From assembly GCA_030598065.1 (NCBI GenBank), contig JAUVQR010000005.1, forward strand, positions 1 to 22,072: DNA of 22,072 nt, read 5' to 3'. Position numbers and translations under genes: made by a program. The notes under the pieces are model-generated. The model was not told where the DNA came from and searched no databases. It saw nothing but the letters and a program-made list of their open reading frames with translations. Of the stretch, positions 8,880-17,737 are shown piece after piece (within the stretch, counting starts at the first letter, position 1; each line of letters begins with the position of its first letter). The DNA is from Planctomycetota bacterium (GTDB lineage: Bacteria > Planctomycetota > Brocadiia > Brocadiales > Bathyanammoxibiaceae).

Positions 8880-10229
8880 CTACACCTCCACCCGCCGCCA
8901 TCTGCCGCGGCGGTACATTATGAAGACGGCTATGGCGCGGAGTATCCAGTCGAGGGCTGCGGCCAGCCAGACCCCGCCGAGCCCCCAGCCAAATACAATC
9001 CCGAAGAGATACGCCGCCGGAACGTGAAAAAGAAACGTCCCGATGATTGTAATCACCATCGGACTCACGGTATCTCCGGCGCCCCTCAGCCCCCCTGCGT
9101 ATACCATGTAGACGGCGAGCGCCGGCTGCTCGATTGCGGCAATCATCACGCATAGCACGGCCAGCTTCATCACGTCCTCTTCCGGCGAAAAGATGCCGAC
9201 CAGTTGAGCCGGAATTAGCAGAAACAGGGCCCCAAACGTACACATGATTATCAGGGCGCATATACAGCTTCTCTTCATGCTGAGCCGCGCAAGGTTCTGA
9301 TTCCCGGCGCCCAGGCTCTGCCCGACCAGCGTGGCCGTGGAGACGGCCAGCGCGTAACCCGGCATAAACGAGAATGACTCTACCCTTATAGCCACCTGGT
9401 GAGCCGCCAGCGCCGAAGTGCCCAACATCGCCACAATCTTCAAAAATACCAGATAGCCGGCCTGGGTGAGAAAGGCGTCCAGGGCCGCGGGCATGGATAT
9501 CCGGAGAATTCTTCTTATAATATCCATGTCCACAGGGAACATGTTGCCTACCGTTACCGTAATCAGCGCCTTCCCCCGGAACAGGATAACGAGCACCAGT
9601 AGCGCCCCCGCCACGTAAGATATGGCGGTGCCCCATGCCGCGCCGGCCACCTCCATCCTCGGGAATATCCAGATGCCGAATATCAGGAGCCAGTTGAATA
9701 AAACGTTCAGGCAGTTCATTACCAGCGTAATGATCAGCGGGGTTCTGGCGTCGCCTGCTCCCCTGAAGGCGGCATTGCAGGACAACATTATCAACCTGCA
9801 CGGCAGGAAACAGATGACAATCCTGAAGTAAAGCCCGCCCAGTTCCGCCACCTGCGGCTCCGCGCTCATAAAGTAAAGGACGTTCACGGCGGAAAGATAA
9901 AGAATCGGGGCGATGCAAACCCCAATGGCCGTGGCCAGCAGCAGGGACTGCGCCGCCGCCCGCTCTGCAACCGGTTTTTCCATGGCCCCCATGTATCTGG
10001 CCACAAGGCTGACCGTGCCAACCGAGGCGGAGGAAAAAACAATCGTCAAAACGAAGTTAAGCGCACCCGCAAGACCTACCGCGGCAATCGCCTCCGTACC
10101 GAGCTTACCTACCATGATGAGGTCAACAACAAACACCATCATGTGAAGCATGTTCTCCATGGCGGCCGGGACGGCCAGGCGGGCTATGTTGCTGTTGAGG
10201 TTTTCCTCTGTAGGTTCAAGTGTGTACAT
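8880..10229 (-). CDS. MATE family efflux transporter
   Basis: 449-aa polytopic membrane protein; LAVPAAMENMLHMMVFVVDLIMVGKLGTEAIAAVGLAGAL, GAGDARTPLIITLVMNCLNVLFNWLLIFG and VGQSLGAGNQNLA are MATE-like. Confidence 0.92.
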   Translation of the reverse strand: MYTLEPTEENLNSNIARLAVPAAMENMLHMMVFVVDLIMVGKLGTEAIAAVGLAGALNFVLTIVFSSASVGTVSLVARYMGAMEKPVAERAAAQSLLLATAIGVCIAPILYLSAVNVLYFMSAEPQVAELGGLYFRIVICFLPCRLIMLSCNAAFRGAGDARTPLIITLVMNCLNVLFNWLLIFGIWIFPRMEVAGAAWGTAISYVAGALLVLVILFRGKALITVTVGNMFPVDMDIIRRILRISMPAALDAFLTQAGYLVFLKIVAMLGTSALAAHQVAIRVESFSFMPGYALAVSTATLVGQSLGAGNQNLARLSMKRSCICALIIMCTFGALFLLIPAQLVGIFSPEEDVMKLAVLCVMIAAIEQPALAVYMVYAGGLRGAGDTVSPMVITIIGTFLFHVPAAYLFGIVFGWGLGGVWLAAALDWILRAIAVFIMYRRGRWRRVEV

Positions 10230-10240
10230 CGGAACAGGCC

Positions 10241-10268
10241 ATTATATGCTATCTCTTTGAGCTGTCAA
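10241..10268 (-). promoter_or_regulatory. Sigma70-like promoter candidate for the MATE gene
   Basis: Minus strand TTGACA - 16 nt - TATAAT; predicted start site only about 5 nt before the ATG at 10229. Confidence 0.6.
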
Positions 10269-10313
10269 CGTTAAGGGCACATATGGTCATTACATGGCAC
10301 AATCAATTTCTCG

Positions 10314-10342
10314 TTGACATCCATTGCCACAACCGATAGAAT
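10314..10342 (+). promoter_or_regulatory. Sigma70-like promoter candidate for the biosynthetic gene cluster
   Basis: TTGACA - 17 nt - TAGAAT, 49 nt upstream of the inferred acpS GTG at 10392. Confidence 0.6.
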
Positions 10343-10391
10343 CCGTACACTTATAGATTGTTTTCTACCGTGCATTTTTAGAGGAGTGGGG

Positions 10392-10766
10392 GTGTTCATA
10401 GGCATAGACCTGGTAGAAGTAGAACGCATCCAGGACCTTTTTACCAGGCATAAGTCTTTTTTGGGACGTGTCTACACCCCGGGAGAGATAGAATACAGCT
10501 TCTCTAAGAAAAATACGTTTGAGCACCTGGCCGCCAGATTTGCCATAAAAGAGGCCGTTGTGAAGGCCCTGGGCACGGGGATGAAGTGGACAGACATTGA
10601 GATGCTAAATGATTCTTCGGGAAGGCCTTACCTCAATCTACATGGCAGGGCGAAGGAAATGGCAAAGGAAAAGGGCGTGGGTGCGTGGGATGTCTCTGTA
10701 ACGCACACCAAAGGACACGCGATAGGGCAGGTATTATTGGTAACCGGCACGCCGTCACGCAAATGA
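10392..10766 (+). CDS. acpS: Holo-ACP synthase (AcpS-type 4'-phosphopantetheinyl transferase)
   Basis: Conserved VFIGIDLVEVERIQDLF and FEHLAARFAIKEAVVKALGTG; internal GTG at 10392 with GAGG upstream is the likely start (ORF track gives 10314). Confidence 0.92.
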   Translation: MFIGIDLVEVERIQDLFTRHKSFLGRVYTPGEIEYSFSKKNTFEHLAARFAIKEAVVKALGTGMKWTDIEMLNDSSGRPYLNLHGRAKEMAKEKGVGAWDVSVTHTKGHAIGQVLLVTGTPSRK

Positions 10767-10839
10767 GCGTTTTGCGTGAACGTACTCAATCAGGGCAAAT
10801 GATACAGGCACGACAAGAATACGTGGAAAGAGAACCGTA

Positions 10840-12318
10840 ATGGCAAACAAAAGAAAACTGGTGCTTATCAACCCGCATCCAAAGGGAAACGTGGGCGAAG
10901 AGAACGTCTCCGTGCTGACCCAGATGCCGGTAAACCTGGGATATCTGATATCATTGACCCCGGAGCACTGGGACGTGGACATAATAGACGAGACCCAGGA
11001 ACATGCCATAGACGACAACGACAACCTCGCCTTCCCGGGGGCGGACCTGGTCGGCATAACGTCTGTCAGCTATCAGGCCCCGCGGGCGTATAAGATAGCG
11101 GCCGCCTGCCGGAAGAAAGGTATTCCGGTGGTGATGGGCGGCGTGCATGCGACCATTTACCCCAATGAGGTGGCCAAGCACGTAGACTGCGTGGTGCAGA
11201 GGGAGGCCGTCTCTATCTGGGAAACACTTTTGTCGGACTTTGAGCACGGACGCCTCCAGAAGCTCTACGAAGGAGGTCTGACGCCCCTTGAAAATCTTAA
11301 GTTAATCTACCCCGACCGCGAATTCCTGAAAGAAAAATACGGATACCGTTACTCCGGCATTACAACAACGGCCGGTTGCCCGTTCACCTGTGAATTTTGC
11401 TCTGTGCCGCAGGCCCAGGGGCAAAAGTACCGCGAGAGGCCCATTGAAGACGTACTGGATGAAATGCAGGCCATCGAGGGTAAGTTCCGGGGGCTGGTGC
11501 TCACGGACGAAAATTTCTACGGACACAGTAAGAAGTCGAACGAAAGGGTCAGAAGCCTGTTCAAGGAGATGGTGGACAGGGGGATTTACCAGAACTGGTT
11601 CGGTTTTACCTCGCTCAACATATTTGAGGACGACGAGACCCTGGACTACATGGTCAGGAGCGGTTGCGTCGGAGTGCTCATAGGGATAGAGTCATTGAAC
11701 AAAGACGCCCTGGAGTCGATGAACAAGCACGTCAACCTGCGAATAACGATAGACAAGTATTACGAAGCGATTAATAACATCCGCAAGCATGGCATAGCCG
11801 TGTGGGGAACCGTAATCTTTGGCAACGACGCTGACTCGGTGGACACATTCGACGAGGTTGCAGATTTTGTGCTGGATACCAACCTTGATATAATGACCTG
11901 CGGAATACTTTGCCCGTTTATCAACACACCTCTCTACAAACGCCTGGAGAAGGGCAACAGGCTCTTCCGCACTGATTTCCCGGACGATTGGGTACATTAC
12001 ACGTCCCACCACCTCGTTCACATCCTTAACAACCTTTCCATTCATGAACTGTCTGACGGGATGGAACGCCTAAAAGAGCGTCTTTGGTCCACGGAGGTTA
12101 TCAGGAAAAGGTTCCAAAATTCGAGACAGGTGCTCAACAACAACAATTCCGCCATGTTTGCCCTCAAGGTCAACTGGGACTGGCGGGAAGTCATTGCACA
12201 CTTCATCGACAACCTGAACAAACTGGAAGCCTCCGGCGTCTACCAAGAAGCCCTCGACCGAATTGGCAAGAAGGAAAGATTCAACGAGGCCTCCAGCCTG
12301 CTAACCACAAAGGTCTAG
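10840..12318 (+). CDS. B12-binding-domain-type radical SAM enzyme (paralog 1)
   Basis: 492-aa ORF; N-terminal Rossmann-like cobalamin-binding-type region followed by CPFTCEFC (CxxxCxxC, 11377-11400) and a BchE-like class architecture; overlaps in family with the 19309..20754 ORF. Confidence 0.9.
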   Translation: MANKRKLVLINPHPKGNVGEENVSVLTQMPVNLGYLISLTPEHWDVDIIDETQEHAIDDNDNLAFPGADLVGITSVSYQAPRAYKIAAACRKKGIPVVMGGVHATIYPNEVAKHVDCVVQREAVSIWETLLSDFEHGRLQKLYEGGLTPLENLKLIYPDREFLKEKYGYRYSGITTTAGCPFTCEFCSVPQAQGQKYRERPIEDVLDEMQAIEGKFRGLVLTDENFYGHSKKSNERVRSLFKEMVDRGIYQNWFGFTSLNIFEDDETLDYMVRSGCVGVLIGIESLNKDALESMNKHVNLRITIDKYYEAINNIRKHGIAVWGTVIFGNDADSVDTFDEVADFVLDTNLDIMTCGILCPFINTPLYKRLEKGNRLFRTDFPDDWVHYTSHHLVHILNNLSIHELSDGMERLKERLWSTEVIRKRFQNSRQVLNNNNSAMFALKVNWDWREVIAHFIDNLNKLEASGVYQEALDRIGKKERFNEASSLLTTKV

Positions 12319-12334
12319 AAGAGATACCCATATT

Positions 12335-13540
12335 ATGTCCAGAGTAGTTGTAACAGGCCTTGGTTTAGTGACAGCCATTGGTTCAAACTTAAAGGAATCC
12401 TGGGAAGCGATGCTTAACGCCCAGGACGGTACCGCAGAAATCACATCGTTTGACACCTCCAAGTACAGGGTCCACCGCGCCTGCGAATTAAAGTCTTTGA
12501 ATTCAAACGGCAACAATAAGCAGAAGGAAAAATATAACGTTTACGATTGCCTGTACGCAGCGGCCAAAGACGCCTTTCAGGACAGCGGCATATCCGATTG
12601 CCAGCACCTTCAGCCCGACAGAGTGGGTATTTCCATCGGGACACTGGCCGGAGAGCTATCCGCCTTTGAGCAGACGCTCAGGAAACACCCCAACAACAAG
12701 GCTGACGGGTTCAGTATGGACGTGGTCTGCAGTTATCCTCCCATGACCCTGTCTACCCAACTGGCGGAAGATTTCAACGTTGAAGGCCCTAACGTTATAC
12801 TGATAAACGCCTGCTCATCGGGCAACCATGCACTGTGCTGGGCCTTCGACATGCTGCAGGACGGAAGTGTCGACGCGATGGTGGTGGGCGGCAGCGACGT
12901 GGTGCCGCAAACGGAATTTACCCACTTCCACAACCTGAAGGCGCTGGCGCCGGAAAAATGCCAGCCCTTTGACAAGAACAGGCAGGGCCTGGTGGTGGGC
13001 GCAGGAGCCGGAGTGCTCATCCTTGAGACCTTTGAACACGCGAAGAAGCGCGACGCAAAAATATATGCGGAAGTCATGGGCTACGGCCTTAGCAGTGACG
13101 GTTTTCACATGACCGCTCCTCACCCGAAAGGAGTAGGCGCCATCAGGGCTATGGAAAAGGCCCTCACACACTCAAAGCTCTCTTACAAGGACATAGACTA
13201 TATAAGCGCGCACGGCACGGGTACGTCGCTAAACGACAAGATGGAGACGCTTGCACTCAAGGCCGTCTTCAAGGAAAGGGCTAAAGAGACCCCGTGCAGT
13301 TCGGTGAAGTCTATGATCGGCCATACCATGGGGGCCGCAAGCGCCATCGAGTCGGTAGTTTGTTGTCAGACGATAAGTTCCGGTGAACTCCCGCCAACCA
13401 TAAATTACGAGACAAAGGACCCGGAATGCGACCTGGACTGCGTACCGAATGAGGCGCGAAAAAAGCCGGTTAAATTCGCCCTGAATAATTCCTTTGCCTT
13501 TGGCGGTAACAATGCCAGTACTGTCTTTGGTAGGGTATGA
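12335..13540 (+). CDS. Beta-ketoacyl synthase, catalytically intact (FabF/KS-alpha-like)
   Basis: 401-aa ORF with Cys in ILINACSSGNHA (C160), His in SAHGTGTSLND (H293) and His in SVKSMIGHTMGAAS (H330), giving the complete C-H-H set. Confidence 0.92.
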   Translation: MSRVVVTGLGLVTAIGSNLKESWEAMLNAQDGTAEITSFDTSKYRVHRACELKSLNSNGNNKQKEKYNVYDCLYAAAKDAFQDSGISDCQHLQPDRVGISIGTLAGELSAFEQTLRKHPNNKADGFSMDVVCSYPPMTLSTQLAEDFNVEGPNVILINACSSGNHALCWAFDMLQDGSVDAMVVGGSDVVPQTEFTHFHNLKALAPEKCQPFDKNRQGLVVGAGAGVLILETFEHAKKRDAKIYAEVMGYGLSSDGFHMTAPHPKGVGAIRAMEKALTHSKLSYKDIDYISAHGTGTSLNDKMETLALKAVFKERAKETPCSSVKSMIGHTMGAASAIESVVCCQTISSGELPPTINYETKDPECDLDCVPNEARKKPVKFALNNSFAFGGNNASTVFGRV

Positions 13541-14775
13541 AAAGAAGGGTAGCAATAACCGGCATAGGCGTAATCTCTCCGCTGGGGTTTGGACATGAGG
13601 AGTTCTGGAAGAACCTCACCGAAGGCCGCACCGCGATAGGCCCGATAACGTCTCTGGACGTATCGAACTACCCCTGCAAATTGGCCGCGGAAGTCAAGGG
13701 CCTTAACCCGTCTGATTATCTGGGCGACAAGGGCCTCAAATATCTGACGAAAGGCACAAAGTTCCTTGCCTCCGCCTCAAAACTAGCCCTTGAAGACGCC
13801 GGCCTTATGCAGAGCAGCCACAACCCAGACGGCTTCGGTGTGATAATAGGCTCGGCTCTCGGCAACTATCCCCAAACCACTGACTACACGTATGTCATCC
13901 TCAAAGAGGGACCGGAAAAACTGCTGCCCATGGACAGTTATGACGTCGCTCTAAACTCGTCCACCAACTTTGCCTCGGTATTCTTTAAACTCACCGGTCC
14001 CTCAAGAACCATCACCTCGGGCTTCACGTCCAGCACCGACGCCATCGGCAACGCCTTCACCCTGGTGCAAAAAGGCAGGGCCGACGTGCTGATAGCCGGC
14101 GGGGTGGAACAGATATCTCTCGACAGTTACCTTATATTCCTGATGCGAAAACTGCTGGCGGGCTCACAAGACTCCACGCCGGAGATAAGCGCACCGTTCG
14201 ACATGCGTCGGAACGGGTTCATACTCAGCGAGGGCAGTTACGTCTTCGTGCTGGAGGATATGGAATCCGCGACCAGGCGGGGCGCGCGCATATACGCGGA
14301 AGCGACGGGTCACGGCTTGACCTACATGGGGGCAAAGAGGTTCAGCCTGGAAGAAAAGGTAGACAAGGCCAAGGCCGCCATGGAGCAGGCGCTCCAGCGG
14401 GCCGGGCAGCCGAAGGAGTCGCTTGCGTTAATCTGCGCCAACGGCAACTCCTCTACGCAAACGGACCTCATAGAGGCCAGGGCAATCCAGTCGCTGCTGG
14501 GGGACCGCACCAAGGAGGTGCCGGTCTGTTCCGTAAAGTCTCAGTGCGGTGAATGTTATGGCGCTTCCGGAGCGATGCAGATGGCCTTGTGCCTGCTGGC
14601 TATCGAGAAATCTGCCATCCCGCCCATGATAGGCTATGAAGTGCCAGACAAAGAGTGCGACCTGGGTTTTGTGCTCAATCAGGAGCGCAGGCAAGACACG
14701 AAGGTCGCAATGGTGAACAGCCTCGACCACGACGGAAACTGCTCCTGCCTTATACTTGAAAAAAGGGATATGTAA
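13537..14775 (+). CDS. Ketosynthase homolog lacking all catalytic residues (chain-length-factor/KS-beta-like)
   Basis: 412-aa full-length thiolase-fold KS. At the nucleophile site TSGFTSSTDAIG has F163; HGT-site is ANGNSS (N302); second His site is SQCGECYGASGA (E339). ATG overlaps the preceding KS stop (ATGA). Confidence 0.88.
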   Translation: MKRRVAITGIGVISPLGFGHEEFWKNLTEGRTAIGPITSLDVSNYPCKLAAEVKGLNPSDYLGDKGLKYLTKGTKFLASASKLALEDAGLMQSSHNPDGFGVIIGSALGNYPQTTDYTYVILKEGPEKLLPMDSYDVALNSSTNFASVFFKLTGPSRTITSGFTSSTDAIGNAFTLVQKGRADVLIAGGVEQISLDSYLIFLMRKLLAGSQDSTPEISAPFDMRRNGFILSEGSYVFVLEDMESATRRGARIYAEATGHGLTYMGAKRFSLEEKVDKAKAAMEQALQRAGQPKESLALICANGNSSTQTDLIEARAIQSLLGDRTKEVPVCSVKSQCGECYGASGAMQMALCLLAIEKSAIPPMIGYEVPDKECDLGFVLNQERRQDTKVAMVNSLDHDGNCSCLILEKRDM

Positions 14776-14805
14776 TCCCGCCCGCAGTGGCTATAATAGT
14801 GCGCC

Positions 14806-14826
14806 AGCAGGACCTTTTGTCCTGCT
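14806..14826 (+). promoter_or_regulatory. Hairpin in the intergenic gap between KS-beta and the flavoenzyme gene (attenuator or processing site candidate)
   Basis: AGCAGGAC - CTTTT - GTCCTGCT perfect 8-bp stem. Confidence 0.4.
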
Positions 14827-14857
14827 TCATTAGTTTATATAACCACCACATCTAAAA

Positions 14858-16867
14858 ATGGTCGGCTTATTTGACCCAATAAACATAGGTACACTCACGT
14901 TAAAGAACCGTCTGGTTATGACGGCCATGGACCTTGGCTACTCAAACGACGGCCTTGTCAACGACCGTTTTATCGATTTCTACACCGAGAGGGCCGACGG
15001 CGGCACGGGCCTTATCGTCGTAGGCGGATGCTACCCGGAGCGGAACGGCAAGGTATGGAAGAGCATCCTCGGACTGGACGACGACCGCTGCATACCTTCT
15101 CTCACCAGATTCACCGAGGCCATGCACCGCCACGGCGCCAAGACCGCGGCCCAGATACTGCACGGCGGGCGTTACGCCTCCAGCCTGTTCTCCAAAATGC
15201 AGCCCGTCTCGGCGTCAAACATACCGTCACGCCTGGCCAGAGACACCTCCAGGGCTCTGAGCGCCTCTGAAATTAAACAGGTCATACATGGCTACGCGAC
15301 GGCCACAAAAAGAGTAAAAGAAGCCGGTTTTGACGCCGTGGAGATTCACGGTGGCATGGGCTACCTCATCAACCAGTTCCTGTCTCCTATAAGCAATAAG
15401 AGGTCTGACGAATATGGGGGCGGCCTGGATAACAGAATGCGCTTTGCCGTGGAGACCATTGAGGCCATTAGAGAGTCAGTGGGTGACGACTTCCCCATAA
15501 TCTTCAGGCTGTCCGGGGATGAGCTGATGGAGGGCGGTCTCAAGGTCCGGGACAACATAGAAGTAGCCCAGAGACTGGCAAAGGTCGGCGTGGACGCCTT
15601 CCACGTATCTCCCGGCTGGCACGAAAGCAAGGTGCCTATAATGATAATGGTAATCCCGAGGACGGCCTACGCTGTACTGGCCGCCGCCATACGGGAGAAC
15701 GTGGACATACCGGTTATATCCGGCATACGGATTAATGACCTGGCGCTGGCCGACGAACTGCTCAGGGACGGACAGACCGACCTGGTAGCCATAGGCAGGC
15801 CCCTGATAGCCGACCCCGAGCTGCCAAAGAAGTATAAGGAGGGAAGACTCGAAGATATAAGGACCTGCATCGCGTGCAATCAGGGCTGTTTCGACGAGCT
15901 CCTCAATATGAGACCGGTCACCTGCCTGTACAATCCCAGAGCGGGCCGAGAACGGGAGTATAACGTAACGCCCGCGGCTAAAAAGAAAAAGGTCATGGTG
16001 GTCGGCGGCGGTCCCGGAGGGATGGAAGCCGCCAGTGTCGCGGCGCAGAGGGGGCACGACGTGACCCTGTACGAAAAAACGGGGATACTGGGAGGCCAGC
16101 TCTGCTACGCCTACAAACCGCCCGGCCGTGAGGAATTCGCCAACGTGATTACCTATCTGAAGAGGCAGGTCAAGAAGGAAGGAGTAAAGGTGGTCCTGGG
16201 AGTGGAAGTGACCCCGGAGACCGTCAAGACGGAACAACCCGACACACTGATAGTGTCGACCGGCTCTACGCCGTCGGTACCGCCGATACCCGGCATAAAC
16301 AGCGATAGCGTGGCGCTGGCAATGGACGTGTTGGACGGAAAGGCGCCGGTTGGCCGGGAGGTAGTCATAATCGGCGGCGGGACTGTGGGCACCGAGACCG
16401 CCCTGTATGTGGCAAAGCTGGGCAGCATGCGGCCGGACGTAGCCATGTTCCTGCTGAAGAACGACATAATAGACCTGCCGACTGCCCTTAAGAAGGTCTC
16501 CAGGGGCCACAGAAACGTCACCATACTCGAGATGAAGAGGAGGGTGGGCGGCGGTTTTGGCATCTCCACCCGCTGGGTTATGGAAAGGGAGATAGAGGAC
16601 GCAGGCATAAAATCAATTACAAAAATAACGGTCAAAGAGATAAGGCAAGGACCTGAAGGCTGTGTGGTGGTGTACGAAAAGGACGGAAAGGAGACGTATA
16701 TACCCGCGGATACGGTTATAATCGCCACAGGCTACATCCCCAACGACACACTGTCCAAACACCTGAACGGCCTTGTACCTGAGGTATACACCATCGGTGA
16801 TTGTGTAAAGGTAAGGACCGCGTTGGAGGCGATTCATGAAGGTTTTAAGATCGGGCTCACTGTATGA
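14858..16867 (+). CDS. FadH / old-yellow-enzyme-type NADH:flavin 2,4-dienoyl reductase with 4Fe-4S site
   Basis: 669-aa ORF: TIM barrel signatures LFDPINIGTLTLKNRLVM, QILHGGRYAS, NQFLSPISNKRSDEYGGGLDNRMRF, GWHESKVP; Fe-S motif CIACNQGCF...CLYNP; C-terminal FAD/NAD domain VMVVGGGPGGMEAA and VVIIGGGTVGTETA. Confidence 0.9.
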   Translation: MVGLFDPINIGTLTLKNRLVMTAMDLGYSNDGLVNDRFIDFYTERADGGTGLIVVGGCYPERNGKVWKSILGLDDDRCIPSLTRFTEAMHRHGAKTAAQILHGGRYASSLFSKMQPVSASNIPSRLARDTSRALSASEIKQVIHGYATATKRVKEAGFDAVEIHGGMGYLINQFLSPISNKRSDEYGGGLDNRMRFAVETIEAIRESVGDDFPIIFRLSGDELMEGGLKVRDNIEVAQRLAKVGVDAFHVSPGWHESKVPIMIMVIPRTAYAVLAAAIRENVDIPVISGIRINDLALADELLRDGQTDLVAIGRPLIADPELPKKYKEGRLEDIRTCIACNQGCFDELLNMRPVTCLYNPRAGREREYNVTPAAKKKKVMVVGGGPGGMEAASVAAQRGHDVTLYEKTGILGGQLCYAYKPPGREEFANVITYLKRQVKKEGVKVVLGVEVTPETVKTEQPDTLIVSTGSTPSVPPIPGINSDSVALAMDVLDGKAPVGREVVIIGGGTVGTETALYVAKLGSMRPDVAMFLLKNDIIDLPTALKKVSRGHRNVTILEMKRRVGGGFGISTRWVMEREIEDAGIKSITKITVKEIRQGPEGCVVVYEKDGKETYIPADTVIIATGYIPNDTLSKHLNGLVPEVYTIGDCVKVRTALEAIHEGFKIGLTV

Positions 16868-16942
16868 TTTAACCGCGGGTTCCTTCGCCGTAAGATGTGC
16901 CGGGCCTGACGGACACACATTACAACAACTTGGAGAATCAAC

Positions 16943-17686
16943 ATGTCTTTAAAAGGAAAGGTCGCTGTCGTTACGGGCGGCACCAGGGGCATCGGGAGGG
17001 CGATAGCGCTTGAGCTCGCCGCGAACGGCGTGGACGTCGCCTTCTGCTACGCCAAGAACGTCGAAAAGGCAAAAGAGGTAGAGAGTGAGATAAAGAAGCT
17101 GGGCGTAAGGGCGCTGCCGATGCAGAGTGACGTCTCCGACTTCGCTCAGTCAAAAGAAATGATAGCTAACGCCATAAAGGAGCTCGGTAAGATTGACCTG
17201 CTGGTCAACAACGCCGGCATAACCAGAGACAAGATAATCATGATGATGTCGGAGGATGACTGGAAGTCGGTCATAGACACCAACCTGACCGGCGTCTTCA
17301 ACTGCACAAAGGCCGCCGTGGTACCGATGATGAAGCAGAGGAGCGGCTCCGTAATAAACATAACCTCCGTCAGCGGTCTTGTCGGGATGGCGGGCCAGAC
17401 CAACTACTCGTCCTCAAAGGCGGGGATAATCGGGTTTACCAAGGCGCTGGCCAAGGAGGTGGCCAGACGGGGAGTCAGGGTCAACGCCATAGCCCCCGGA
17501 TTCATTGACACCGAGATGGTGCAGGCCATCAACCAGAAATACCTGGACGAGATGCTGAAACTGGTGCCCCTTGCCCGCGTAGGCAAGGCCGAGGAGGTGG
17601 CACACGTGGTGACGTTCCTGGCCTCAGACCAGGCCAGCTATATAACGGGCTGCGTAATCAACGTAGACGGCGGCATGGCCATGTGA
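16943..17686 (+). CDS. fabG: 3-oxoacyl-ACP reductase-like SDR (FabG family)
   Basis: VVTGGTRGIGRAIA, NNAGITRD, SVSGLVGMAGQTNYSSSKAG with Ser-Tyr-Lys, INVDGGMAM. Confidence 0.88.
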   Translation: MSLKGKVAVVTGGTRGIGRAIALELAANGVDVAFCYAKNVEKAKEVESEIKKLGVRALPMQSDVSDFAQSKEMIANAIKELGKIDLLVNNAGITRDKIIMMMSEDDWKSVIDTNLTGVFNCTKAAVVPMMKQRSGSVINITSVSGLVGMAGQTNYSSSKAGIIGFTKALAKEVARRGVRVNAIAPGFIDTEMVQAINQKYLDEMLKLVPLARVGKAEEVAHVVTFLASDQASYITGCVINVDGGMAM

Positions 17687-17737
17687 CGCCCCTGGGCCGC
17701 GGCAAAACATAAACACTAGACGCGAGGTGAGACCCCC

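Noticed and set aside
8860-9918. 352-aa minus-strand ORF in an alternative frame of the MATE gene
   Set aside because: Arg/Gly-rich translation without membrane or domain character, whereas the overlapping frame is a clear MATE protein.
13537-14775. Second ketosynthase as a decayed pseudogene
   Set aside because: The ORF is full length, scaffold motifs outside the active site are intact and its start is coupled to the active KS, which fits a selected CLF-like subunit better than decay.
15476-16510. 344-aa minus-strand ORF antisense to the flavoenzyme gene
   Set aside because: Low-complexity, His/Gln/Arg-rich translation with no domain signatures, entirely inside a well-supported gene; a GC-bias shadow ORF.
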